Source: Adineta vaga
Taxonomy: Eukaryota; Animalia; Rotifera
NCBI GenBank assembly: GCA_021613535.1
Contig: CP075496.1
Location: forward strand, 13,516,001 to 13,580,000
DNA: 64,000 bases
Reading direction: 5' to 3'
In this document: piece by piece, positions 13,271 through 25,827 of the stretch
Layout of the letters: each line of letters begins with the position of its first letter
Numbering within the stretch: position 1 is the first letter of the stretch
Position numbers and translations under genes: made by a program
Notes under the pieces: model-generated
What the model was told of the DNA's origin: nothing
Seen by the model: only the letters and a program-made list of their open reading frames with translations
Database searches by the model: none

Positions 13271-14487
13271 ATGTCATCAACAGAAGATATAACAACAGAT
13301 CCAACTGATAGTAAGAGAAAAGATTGAAGTAGTTGGTGAGAAAACGCTTGAATGAGACTTGATTTCTGATTTAGCTTCGTCGACAACACTTCATTTTGGA
13401 CAACTTGTTTGGGCGAAATTAGCTTCTGCACCATTTTGGCCTGCGGTTATATTTACTGAAGAAAATCAAGATTGGATTCGCCATAAAGGTGTTAACAATT
13501 GGAAAAACAATGAAATATGTTGTCTTATGAAAAATTTTCTTTAGGCAAATCAACATATGTTCATGTTTTCTTTTTTGGTGAAACAGCTGAACGAAGTTGG
13601 ATTCTTACATCGAGAATTTTACCATTTATTGGTGCATCAAAATTTACTAAACAACGTAATGATTGGCGTCGAAAAGTACGATTAACATTTAATTGATTAA
13701 CTTTACTCTTTATTCAATTTAGATGAAAGTTAAAATTCGAGAAGAACAAAAATTAACTTTAAAAGATCGATCAAATCTGAATACTGCTATAAAACAAGCT
13801 GAAAAATTAGCAAAATTTTCTTTACGAAAACGTATTAATATTCTTAAAACTGAATGGTGGTATTGGAATGAACTTGTTCAATCTGAAGGCAATACTGAAT
13901 CATCTATTGAAGAAACTTCGATTGATCAACAAACATCAATCGTTATTCAAAATCAAGAGAGTGATAATGAAGAAATCTTGCAATTATTCAATTCTACTTC
14001 CGATGACTTAGTTCGTTTAAATGAAGAGAAAACAAATGCAAACTTGTTCTCAATTTTATTCTTTTAGGATGATATTATTTGTTTATCGGATACGGATACG
14101 GATACAAGATCATCATTACAACATACAACATCGGTTTGTTTTCATCCTTTAACATCACATGAAGAGGAAACTATCATTCGAGAAATGTTAGCTTCATCAG
14201 ATAATTCTTATTCTGCATGTCGTCGTGTTGCTGAACAAGAATATTTACTTTGTATACAAAAGAATTTTCCATCAACATCAATTATATCGGAACATTGGTT
14301 CTATTTATTTGTTTTTCGTCATTGTGAACGATTAGCACGACATTTTTCTCGTTGGATTAATGATATGGAAGTTTTCTTAACTCAATCATCCTTTCTTCCA
14401 CGAGTTCATGTTTCACAAGTGAAATCATTGATTATTTTGTTTAAACAATATAATCAAAGTCATCAAGAACAGTCCTCTTCTCATTGA
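13271..14487 (+). CDS. Small PWWP-domain protein (multi-exon)
   Basis: FGQLVWAKLASAPFWPAVI...YVHVFFFGETAERSWILTSRILPFIG is a typical PWWP fold. The C-terminal region is not recognised. Confidence 0.8.
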
Positions 14488-14886
14488 AAATTAGTTAGAA
14501 ATATTTTCAACTGCTTTGTGTAACATAATTTTGATAGTTTTCAGTTGATTTTTTTGTTTTGTTTTTCTCCCGATATTATGAAATAAACATTACAATACAC
14601 TAGAATTCAACAGTTCCCTTATAATATCATCTATCCAATATTCATCATTTTATCGGGATGAGATTTCATTGGCTCGTATTAACCAATTAATGATCTATTT
14701 ATCAGGAACGAAATTTTTTGCGAAATTGATTTTAAATTTTCTTTGGATTAAAAACATATTTTTCTAAAACTAAATCAAAACGAATTATCTTTCAAATAAA
14801 TGATCTTTTTCATAAAATATCGAGGTCTTCTATTATCTCATATGTTATTGGTGGGACGCAAATATCTTTCATTCAGATCATCTCTA

Positions 14887-14910
14887 TGAATGAATGAATG
14901 AATGAATGAA
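14887..14910. repeat. (TGAA)6 microsatellite
   Basis: Directly visible upstream of PA2G4. Confidence 0.85.
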
Positions 14911-14948
14911 ACTTTCATGATATTCTTTTAGATAAATTTCCATTGATT

Positions 14949-16314
14949 ATGTCTTCATCTCGTTCAGCAAGTATTTCATCATCCGATGGATCAACGTCAT
15001 CTCAAACAGCACAAGATGAAACGATTGCAAATGATCTTGTTGTTACAAAATATAAAATGGCATCAGAAATCACTCAACGTATTCTTCGAGAAGTTATAGA
15101 TCGATGTTTACCAGGAACATCTGTTCGTGAAATATGTATTTATGGTGATAAACGTTTAGATGAAGAAACCGTACGTGTATTCAAAAAAGATAAAGATGTG
15201 AAAAAAGGAATTGCATTTCCAACATGTTTATCAGTGAATAATTATGTTTGTCATTTCAGTCCATTAATATCGGATCCAGATATGATTTTAAAAGATAATG
15301 ATGTTGTAAAAATTGATTTGGGTTGTCATATTGATGGATATGTTGCTGTTGTTGCTCATACAATTATTGTTGGTGCTACACGAGAAAAGAAAGTTACAGG
15401 ACGACGTGCAGATTGTATACTTGCTGCATATTATGCAGCTGAAGCTGCTCTTCGTTTAATTAAACCCAATGAAAATAATCTTGCTGTAACTGAAATGATC
15501 GATCGTATTGCAAATACATATCATTGTAAACCAGTTGAAGGTAAAATTATGCAGAAATTTCTTTTGAATAAATCAATATCCTTATTTTTAAGGTATGATT
15601 TCCTATCAAATGTCACGTGGAATTATTGATGGTGAAAAGAGAATTTATTTAAATCCAAATGAAATGCAACGACGTGAAAATGAAAAAGAAGAATTTGCTT
15701 TACATGAAGTCTATGCTGTCGATATTTTAGTTTCATCCGGTGATGGTAAACCACGGGAAACAGATATTCGTACAACAGTTTATAAGAAAAAAGATTTCGT
15801 CTATCAATTACGTATGAAATCATCACGTGTCTTTCTTTCTGAAGTTGAAAAACGTTTTTCATTAATGCCATTTACATTAAGACATTTCGAAGATGAAAAA
15901 CGTGCACGAATGGGTGTTATTGAATGTGCTAAACATGAACTTGTTGAACCCTTTCCAGTTTATCAAGAAAAAGAAGGAGAATTTGTTGCTGAATTTAAAT
16001 TTACATTATTATTAATGCCAAGTGGACAAATGAAAATAACTGGTTTACCAATTGATTTAGATTTATATGAATCAGAATATAAAATAACTGATAATGATAT
16101 TAAACAATTGTTAACAAGTTCAACACAAAAAAAGAAAAATAAAAACAAGAAGAAGAAGAAAGTAACTGCTACACAAGGAACAAATATTGAAATGATGGAT
16201 GCAGTTGAAGATGATGGAGATGAAGATTTTGAAGATGAACCTGTAAAACCCACGAAGAAAACTTCAAATAGTAATGGAAATAAAAAAGTCAAATCAAACA
16301 AAACAAAATCTTAA
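14949..16314 (+). CDS. PA2G4: Proliferation-associated protein 2G4 / Ebp1 (2 exons, intron about 15541-15592)
   Basis: DETIANDLVVTKYKMASEI, KKGIAFPTCLSVNN.VCHFSPL, KIDLGCHIDGY, EFALHEVYAVDILVSSG, and a Lys-rich C-terminus. Confidence 0.96.
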
Positions 16315-16601
16315 TTCAGCTTTAAGACATATCTTTGTTATCATTTACAGATCTGTCGGCAATAATTCTTTTCAAAACAAACCAAACTTATTTTTTTCAT
16401 TTTTTTTCTCTTGATTATGACATAAAGTAAAGATTTTCGTCTCATGAAAATAAAAACATAATAAACAACAACGACATTAAAAGTATTGATTAACAATAAC
16501 AACAAAGATCTTCTTTTTTAGAAATGAGTAGAAAAAGACTCCAGGATTAGAAATCTTTACGATAATACATGATTTGTATTGATTATAGATTATCATTCAG
16601 T

Positions 16602-19543
16602 ATGTTAACTATCATCAAAAAACAGTTTCTATCGAAATATTCGTGTTGTTTTGATTCCAATCAACGTTTGCTATTCCATTCGAAATTGATATTGAATAAT
16701 ACAATCGCCATTTCATCGAGAGAACATTTTTATGATAGAAATCAAAATCGAGCATCAAATACACAACGTTATTATCAAAATAATCATCGTCGATCAATTC
16801 AGGTGAAACCAATGATTCTTAAAGATGATTTTATTCCACAACCATCGTATGATAATCTCTTAAATGTTGAAAAACCATTGCCATATGATAAAACCATTAA
16901 ACGAAGTAAGTTTCGATTCAAATGATTGTGATTATATAAAATTTTTATCGTTTTCTTTTCTTGTATAGATGATCTTCTTCGTATCATCAATGATTTCTAT
17001 CGTCATGATGAAGTTAAACAATTAGCTACTGATCAAGGTCTCGATTTACAAATCTTTAAAAATGTTTATGTTAGTTTTCGAAAATATTGTATGCAAACAA
17101 CGGTCTTACCTGATGATTTCAATCTCATCTTAAATGATATCGTATTTGGTTCTAGTAAAGTATTCGATTCTTTGATTAATTGTTCTATATATATTAATAT
17201 AGGTAATGTTACTGCGATATTTCCATACTTTTTTCGACATGCACAACAAATGTTTCCACATCTGAAATGTGTAGAAGATTTGAAGAAGATTAGTGATCTT
17301 CGTAATCCAACAAATTGGTAAATATCTTAAGAAATAAACAAAGATTTCGAATGATGTAATATCTTTTAGGTATCCAGATGCAAGAAATATAAAACGAAAG
17401 ATTATATTTCATGCCGGTCCAACAAATAGTGGAAAAGTATTGATCACTTTTTTCAATATCAATAATTCACTTTGCTTTTCATAGACATATCATGCTTTAC
17501 AACGTTTTATGAATAGTGAAAGTGGAGTGTATTGTGGACCTTTAAAATTATTAGCATCAGAAGTTTTTCGTAAAACGAATGCTGCAGTAATGATTTCATT
17601 GTTATTGTCAATGCGTTCAATGTTATTTTGTAGGGAACAAAATGTGATCTGGTTACCGGTGAAGAACGTCGTTTTGCAGATTCCGAAGGGAAACCAGCCA
17701 ATCATGTAGCATGTACAGTTGAAATGACAAATTTAAATACAATTTGTAAGTACAAAACAATATGATAAATTGTTTTAAACATTTGTGAATAGATGATGTT
17801 GCTGTTATCGATGAAATTCAAATGATTCGTGATCCACAACGTGGTTGGGCATGGACACGTGCTCTACTTGGTACATTTTACATTGATTATTCGATATTTT
17901 ATCATTCTATATTCAAGGTCTACAAGCAAAAGAAATTCATTTATGTGGAGAAATTTCTACGGGAAAACTACTCGAAGAATTAATGGTGACTACAGAAGAT
18001 AATTTCGAAATTCGAGAATATCAACGTTTAACTAAATTATTATATTTAGATCAAGCCATAGGTGAGTAATTATAATTCATATTTATGTCAATAATTTCAT
18101 CTTATTTTGTTAGAAACATTCGATAATGTTAGATCGGGTGATTGTATCGTTTGTTTTAATAAAAATGATATATTTCATGTTACTCGAGAATTAGAAAAAC
18201 GTGGTCATGATGTTGCAGTTATCTATGGATCATTACCACCAGGTAACTATAACGATAACATTGATCTTTTTAGGAACAATAATTATTATTAATTAGGTAC
18301 GAAATTATTACAAGCTCAACGTTTTAATGATCCAAATGATGAATGTAAAATTCTTGTGGCAACAGATGCGATTGGTATGGGTTTAAATTTGTATGTTATC
18401 AGTGTATGATCTACTTCTTTGAATTTGAGTTATTTGTATATTTGTAGAAGTATCAAACGTGTCATCTTCTATAGTCTTGCTAAATCACAAATGAATGAAG
18501 AAGGAAATAAGGAAAGATCCAATGTAACAACATCACAAGCTTTACAGATTGCTGGTCGAGCGGGAAGGTATGATAATACAACTGAAAAATATACATCAGT
18601 TCTTTTGTCAATTGAAAACTTTTTAGATTTGCCAGTGCTTTTCCTGATGGTGAAGTAACTACCTTTCGTCGTGATGATCTCTCTCGATTAAATGAGATCA
18701 TCACTCAACAATCAAAACCAATTGAAGTAAACATTTCTTTCATAAAATCTAATGTTTTTGTCAATGAAAAAAAACTGTTTAGCGTGCTGGTTTACATCCA
18801 ACAGCTGAACAAATTGAAATGTTTGCTTATTATTTACCGAAACAATCACTTTCAAGTCTAATTGTATAAAACGAACTATCTTTCGCTTTGATAAAACGAT
18901 TTTTGTTCTTCTTCTTAGGATATCTTTCTAACACTTTCACAATTAGATAAGAATTTCTATTTTATGTGTCATGTCGAAGATATGAAATATTTAGCAGATA
19001 TTATTGAACATATTCCATTAGTCCTTCGAGTTCGATATACATTTTCATGTGCTCCAATTAATAAAAAGATGTCTTTTGTTTGTGCAATGTTTTTGAAGGT
19101 AATAATTGATTTAGTTTTTCTTCCTCGTCGTCAAAGATCTTTCTTTTGTTAGTATGCACAACAATTTAGTCGAAATGAACCAACAACATTAGAATGGCTT
19201 TTGAAAGAAACCAATTGTTCATTTCAAATACCAAATACAGTAACTGATTTAGCACATTATGAAGAAATTTTCGATTGTTTTGATCTATATCTATGGCTTA
19301 GGTAATGTGTTGATTTGTTAAATATGTACAAATTATTCAATGAAATGTTTTTCTTTTGAAATTAGTTCTCGATTTAGTCAAATGTTTCCAGATAGAGAAT
19401 CAGTACATAGAATTCAAAAGGAACTTGATCAAATCATTCATTGTGGCGTACAAAATATTGTGAAACTTGTTCAACAAACAAATCATTCCGAATTAAAAGA
19501 TGATACTGTAGTTAAAAGAACTAAAGTGTCTGCAATATGTTGA
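16602..19543 (+). CDS. SUPV3L1: Mitochondrial ATP-dependent RNA helicase SUV3 (many exons)
   Basis: [96 protein letters not shown]. Confidence 0.96.
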
Positions 19544-19591
19544 AATAAATAAAAATAAATAAAGTGAACTAAAAATGCGCGATATATTCAA

Positions 19592-21034
19592 ATGACTTCT
19601 ATACAATCGAATCTAATTGAATTCAATTGTCTTGGTACAATTTTTCTCATTCGAGAAACTTCACTCAATCGTTTTCCTAATACTCTTCTTGGTTCTATCC
19701 AATATGATTTTCTTCTTTCAACGTTCATCATATTTTCTTCATCTATCTAGGTGATCTAAAACGTCGTACTACTTTCTACAATGAAAATAGACATCAATAT
19801 ATCATTGATCGACATATAATTTCTTTTGAAGCAATTCTTAATTATTACGAAACAGGAAAATTAATTGCTCCAACCGTTTATGAACCAATTATCTTTCTTG
19901 AAGAATTGAAATATTTTCAATTTGATAAAGAAATCATTGAACATTTTTCTAAAACAGAAATTCACGAAGAATTTCTCACTCATCATCGTATTGTTCCATT
20001 CAATCGATTCTTTCAATTAATTTGGATATCATTAGAATACAAAGATTATTCTATTCTATCACAATTCGTAAGATTATTTAGATAAACATTTCTCTCATAA
20101 AAGTAACTATTCATTATAGATTCAATTTCTATGTTTAATCATTTCTTTACTATATTGCATGAATATTTCGATTGAACTTCTTCCACAAATATCACGAGAT
20201 AAAGTTATTTGTTATAAAGTATCTTCATCGAAAACTTGTGAAAATATTTTCTTTGATTTTCGTCCATCGAAAATCACAAGTCAATGGATTTATCAAATTG
20301 AACAAAGTTTGTACTACTAATTCTTTTCCTATCTATTCAATATGGATGTGTGTGTGTGTGTTTTGTTTCTTCTTCTAGTATGTACAGTTTTTATTACAAT
20401 AGAATATCTTCTTCGTCTTCTTTCTTCACCACATAAATGGTTAACATTTATTTTATTGATCAATATATTCGATTTATTTATTCTCGCTGCTAATTGGTTT
20501 TATTTATTCTTAATTACATTGAAAAATTTCGATAATGATCAACAAGATCCATTTTTCTATATAAAACTTTTTCAATATTTAATTCTTCTACGTTTATTTC
20601 GATTCTTTCGTCTTTGTCGATACATAAAATCTCTTCGTATTCTTTATTATGGAATTGAAAAAGCATTTAAACATATCATGTCTATTGGATTTATCATTCT
20701 TTTCTTTGTCTTTACTTTTGGAGTTATTATTCAAGTTATTGAAAAAAATTGGGATCAAGCTTATGTAACACGTCTTGAAGATCTATTTAATATTGTCACA
20801 ATTTCAACAATTACTGTTGGTGATGCTAAACGTGTACCATTATCACCGACAGGAAAAATTCTTTGTTCATTTCTTGCTGGAATAGGTTTGATTAGTATAT
20901 CATTACCATTAACATCTATTTATCGAATATTTCAATCGATTTATCGACTTGAAAATATGGATAAACGATTTATTATTATAAAATATGTTTATCCCAATGG
21001 AGAATTAGTTCAAAATCATATCATTCATCAATGA
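19592..21034 (+). CDS. Divergent Shaker-type voltage-gated K+ channel-like subunit (T1 + 6TM)
   Basis: T1 domain LNRFPNTLLG|DLKRRTTFYNENRHQYIIDRH..SFEAILNYY..FLEELKYF; S4 LLRLFRFFRLCRYIKSLRIL; pore/S6 TISTITVGDAKRVPLSPTGKILCSFLAGIGLISISLPL. Confidence 0.85.
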
Positions 21035-22489
21035 ATTGTATACGAAGAAAAACGACGATGGATAATATGATCATTCGAACTAATAGACATATTATAAGCT
21101 TTAGATAGTATCAAATACCCGATGAGATAAAAGTAAATGTAATTAGCTGGAATTATCAGAAAATTGATTCTCAAAGTCACAGAATCTATCATAGGTTTTT
21201 ATCCAATAATTACAAAACATATTGTTTCATTTTTGTTAAAATATTCAGAATTAATTATAACAGCTGTGAGTGGAAAGATGTTATCAACGAAGATGAACTC
21301 TCTCTCTCGCTTCGAGTTTATCAATTATCATAAATAGCATTTTAATGACATCGATTGTTCTTCTTTAACACAGCAGGATGAATTCTTTTTCTTACATATT
21401 CAATTTGATTTGAAAATATGCACAATGATCGGTTATTTAATATCAAAAGAGAAAAACAATAACTGAGAACATATTTTATTTGTTGAGAAGAAAAGAAATT
21501 CTTGTGGATATTGTGATTATTATCTCGACGACCATTCATCATTAATAATAAGAAAAAGAAAAGAATTTCGCTCTTTTATAACGAGTTTTGTATACATGCA
21601 TGTTGTTTCACATGTGTACTGTAATGATCTTCGAGCAAATGTCAATGTCCACCATCACCAAAACTATCAACTTGTGTCAATAATGAGCGACATGTTTTGT
21701 ACAAACGATATTGAATTAGAAGAGAACATCGAGTAACTTTCTTTCTTTCTTTCTCTCTCTCTCTTTTTTGCCTTTTGAACCCATCACACGATTGTTGCGT
21801 CAAAGTTTGTTTTAGTTCGGTAAAGATGATACAAAAATTAATCTTTCTCTCGTGTATGTGTGTAGGTGATGATCAAATTGATTATGAGTGTGGCAAAAGT
21901 AAAACAAACAAACAAACATGATCAACGCGTTGGTCTGGTGAACATACACGCGTGCCCTATCAATCATCTATCTTCTTTTTTTTCTTCTTTTTTCCTTGTT
22001 CGCATTTTCGGAATGGAATTTGATTGGTAGCCGATAAGCTCTTACACTCTAATTACTTCGTGGGGGAAAGATAGAATGAAAGCGCGCGCGCGCGTGTATG
22101 AATTGAGAAGATGAGACGTTATGTTGTTCCAAGATGGTATGCATTTCAAACGACGAGAGATAACGATTATTCTCGAATGAGAGTAGAAGAAAAGACCTAC
22201 ATTCATATCATGACACATACTCAATGGAATTTAGTTCTACGTGATGAGAAAAAAAAAGAGAAGAAAATACCAAGTCGAAAAACATATGAAATCAGTCTTC
22301 GTCTTTATTCTTCCTTTTTTGTTGTTTCTTTTCATTTTTCGACTATGAATAATTGGTAAGATATAAAAAGGATGTTTGGACATTTTTTGAATTAGTATTA
22401 AGTTTTCTTCATACATTAGAGAGATCTTTACATTCATGAAATTACTTTTAGATTATTTATACATATATATATATGTATGTACATCCTCG

Positions 22490-23530
22490 ATGAGTACTAA
22501 TACACTTGTTAATGAGAACCTTTCAACAAATAATTCAACAACAATCAATGATGGTCCAATAGCACATCTTGATCATATGTTAAATAGTCTTCATGATGAT
22601 CAACAATCAACACGAATATCATCGGATTCATTTGAACATAAATCACATCGAATGCATCCTCGATCAACATCAAGAACAACAATAACAGATGGAAAAATTG
22701 TTGAATGTTCATCAGAAAATTCAATTGTTTATCGATATTATACAGGAGAATCAGGTTCAGTTATCGATGAACATTTTGATAAAGCACTTAAACAACCAAT
22801 TTCATATAATTCACCAAGAGCAATACCAACACGAGGTAAGTGAAATCTTATTGATTATTTTCTAAATTACTTCAATTACTTAGATCCTCGAACATCATCC
22901 TATGGTTATTCGAGTATGATGAATCCATCAAGTAGCTTTTGGCCGAATTTTATGGCAACACCATCAACATATCCTCATCCAACATATCTTCCAACATCAC
23001 AAAATGAATATACTGATTGGATGCATCATCATCATCATACATATCGTTCACCTTATTCAACAAATCCAACGACAGCAACAACTCCATCTTCATCATCATC
23101 ATCATCATCAGCCATGTCAAACAATCATTTACATCCAATTGGATCACCAAATACAACAAATAATAATAACAATACAGGACGTTATCATCATCATACACCA
23201 CCCGATATGGATGTTGTTACAGCAGCAGCTATTGGTGCTGCAGCCGCTGCACAAATGTTTCATCATGAAAAACAATCTCATCATGCTTATACACCAACAT
23301 CTCATCATTTCGATTATCATCTTGGTGGATCAATGATGGCTACAGCCTCCTATGCATTTCCAAGTCAAAGTAACAACAATTATTTTATTTTTATATTGTT
23401 GTTTTTTCTCTTTCATTAAGGTTTTGATTTAATGGGTACAAGTACACCACCAATGGGTTTAGACAATTCGAATATAAAAGACTCAACAGCATCACCACCA
23501 TGGTATTCAAATCATCATTTGTCTTGTTAA
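22490..23530 (+). CDS. Vestigial-like (Tondu domain) transcriptional cofactor, 3 exons
   Basis: Tondu motif IVYRYYTGESGSVIDEHFDKAL, followed by SSFWP and His/Ser/Ala-rich low-complexity sequence as in Vg/VGLL2/3. Confidence 0.85.
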
Positions 23531-24243
23531 ATAACCAAGTAGAATATTTAAAAAAAAAACACTTCTACATTTTATTTGATTATACTTTATATATATATAT
23601 ATATATGTACTAAAATAACATCCAAGAAAATCTAACAGTCTGTTGTTTTTCTCTGTTCTATTGTAATTTATACAAAATATAATTGAATTATTTCTTATTG
23701 ATTACGTCGTTATGTTTGTTGATACAGAAACGACAAATGTTATTGTATCGAGTGTGGTTTTGTCTTCTTTCTTTCTTTCTTTCTTTAATCTTCATCTCAT
23801 TTTTGCTCTTGTATGATTTTTATCCATTAAAAAAATGTAGATATTTACTTCGTGATGTTGATAAACCATCATCATCACATCAGATTTTCTCGATTCATAG
23901 TTTAAAATGATGAGTAATCATTATCTTTAATTGAATAAAAGAGAATCAACATGAAATGGAATATTTGTAAAGGTAATTGAGTTGAAGAAAAGAATTCGAT
24001 AGTTTCTTGTAAAATATGATTGTTTTTTCTTTGAAGAGAAAAGAAATTGTATGCTTGTCTGTGTGCGTGTTGTTTTTTTTTCTTCGAAAATACTTTCACA
24101 TATATACAGAGAACGAAATAAGATAATGATAATATGAAAAAATGAATCGTTATGAAAGAAATTACAGGAAAAACATCCATATGTTTTCTTTTTTCATCAA
24201 TGAATATCTTTTCCGAATAAAATCTTCGATATGTTTTGCTTTT

Positions 24244-24761
24244 CTAATGAGTCGATGATTGTGTTGACATTGAATTATTTGCGGTTATAGGTGTTGTTGT
24301 TGGTGTTACTGTTGCAGCACATGATAATTTTCTTGGCATAACTGTTTCCGGAGTTGGAATTTCATGACCAGTTATTGTTTCAGGTACTATGTTTGATGTT
24401 GCTTCTATATTACTATTTGTTTTGTTAGTTGAATCAGGTTTACTTGCTGCTAGTTTAGCTTGCGATTTCGCGACATTATAATCACCTGAATCGAAATATT
24501 TCGGCTAATGAAATCAAACAAAAGAAGGTTGATTAATTCGAAAGAAAATCTTTTATCTTTAAATACTTTATTCATTAATTTTTTTGTTAACATATTTTGT
24601 TGTCGAGGAAGAGCACCACCATATTTTGCTCTTAGTTTTGCTTCTTCACTCATTTCTGGTGTTGCACCGTTATTCTAAATGATAAATCTTGTCGACAATT
24701 TTGTAATGAATAGATGAAAAATACGAACCAATGGTGTCGTATTTTCCGTTGATGAAGCCAT
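24244..24761 (-). CDS. Endosulfine / ARPP19 family protein (3 exons)
   Basis: MSEEAKLRAKYG...KYFDSGDYNVAK (the Greatwall site FDSGDY)...TGHEIPTPETVMPRKLS. Confidence 0.93.
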
Positions 24762-25827
24762 GTGGAATGTTTAATAAATTTTTCAAATTGAAAAAGTTCA
24801 ATTATTATTGTTTGTCTTTGTTTTTAACAAAAGTTGAATTCGATCAAGAGAAATCTAGTTAAATGAAATTAATGACGAGATTCTATACACATGCACGCAA
24901 ATCCGTCGATATACAAAGGAGAATAAATAAAAGAAATGAGATATTATTTTTTTCTTCTATTCTTAGATGCTCGAATATTTCCTATTGGTCTCAATGAATC
25001 AGTAACATTGAAGTTTATTTTATCAAATAATTTAATGAGAAAATAACTATGTATTTTTATGTGTTCATTCGAAATTAATATGACGAAAACGAATAATTTG
25101 AACTATTTCATACCTAGAGGGCGCTGGTTTCTAAAAGATCTTAGGAAATTGTTGAACGTATACTATGAAAAAAACTTCTTCGGAAAGACACACAATTATA
25201 TTTTATCTAAAAATAGACGAAGGAAATAAAACGATACAAAACAAATACTAATTGTTAGGTTTGAAATTTCATCTATGTTGACACTCAAGTGAGTAGAAGA
25301 AGAAAACATCCGTTTGCTTTCCATGAAAAGTATATTGTTAACAATAAAATCGTAAATGTCATCAAATAGAGATAAGTACCTAGTGATGACACATGCAATA
25401 AACTGATTCTTGCATCGTTAAATCTGAATAGGCAAAGAATATATGTTAGATGGAATGAAACTGACATAAGAAGAAATGATGTCTCGCAGCTAGATTTTAT
25501 TCGGTACATTATCTTGAAGAGGCATAGTAATTATCATGGGAATACTTATATTTCATAGGTTTCTTTAAAAATCTATTTCTTTCATTCAGGATTTGGTTTT
25601 CTCTGATTTAAAAAATATATTCTATCATTGGGATGATCATTTTCAATGACAGAAAAAAGAATTACACATATACACGGTGCAAAAAAATAAAAAGAAAAAG
25701 AAAATGCAGATCAATATCAGTATGGAGAAAAGATTCTTCCTTTGTATTTCTATTCACATACATCTGCAAATAATTTTGTTTCATTTAATAAAACAACATA
25801 TTTCATCGGATTGAAGTTTAGTGTCTT

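Noticed and set aside
15963-16301. Antisense or alternative-frame ORFs overlapping real genes (also 23004-23336, 29077-29403, 48991-49320)
   Set aside because: Shadow ORFs arising from codon bias and trinucleotide repeats in the true reading frames.
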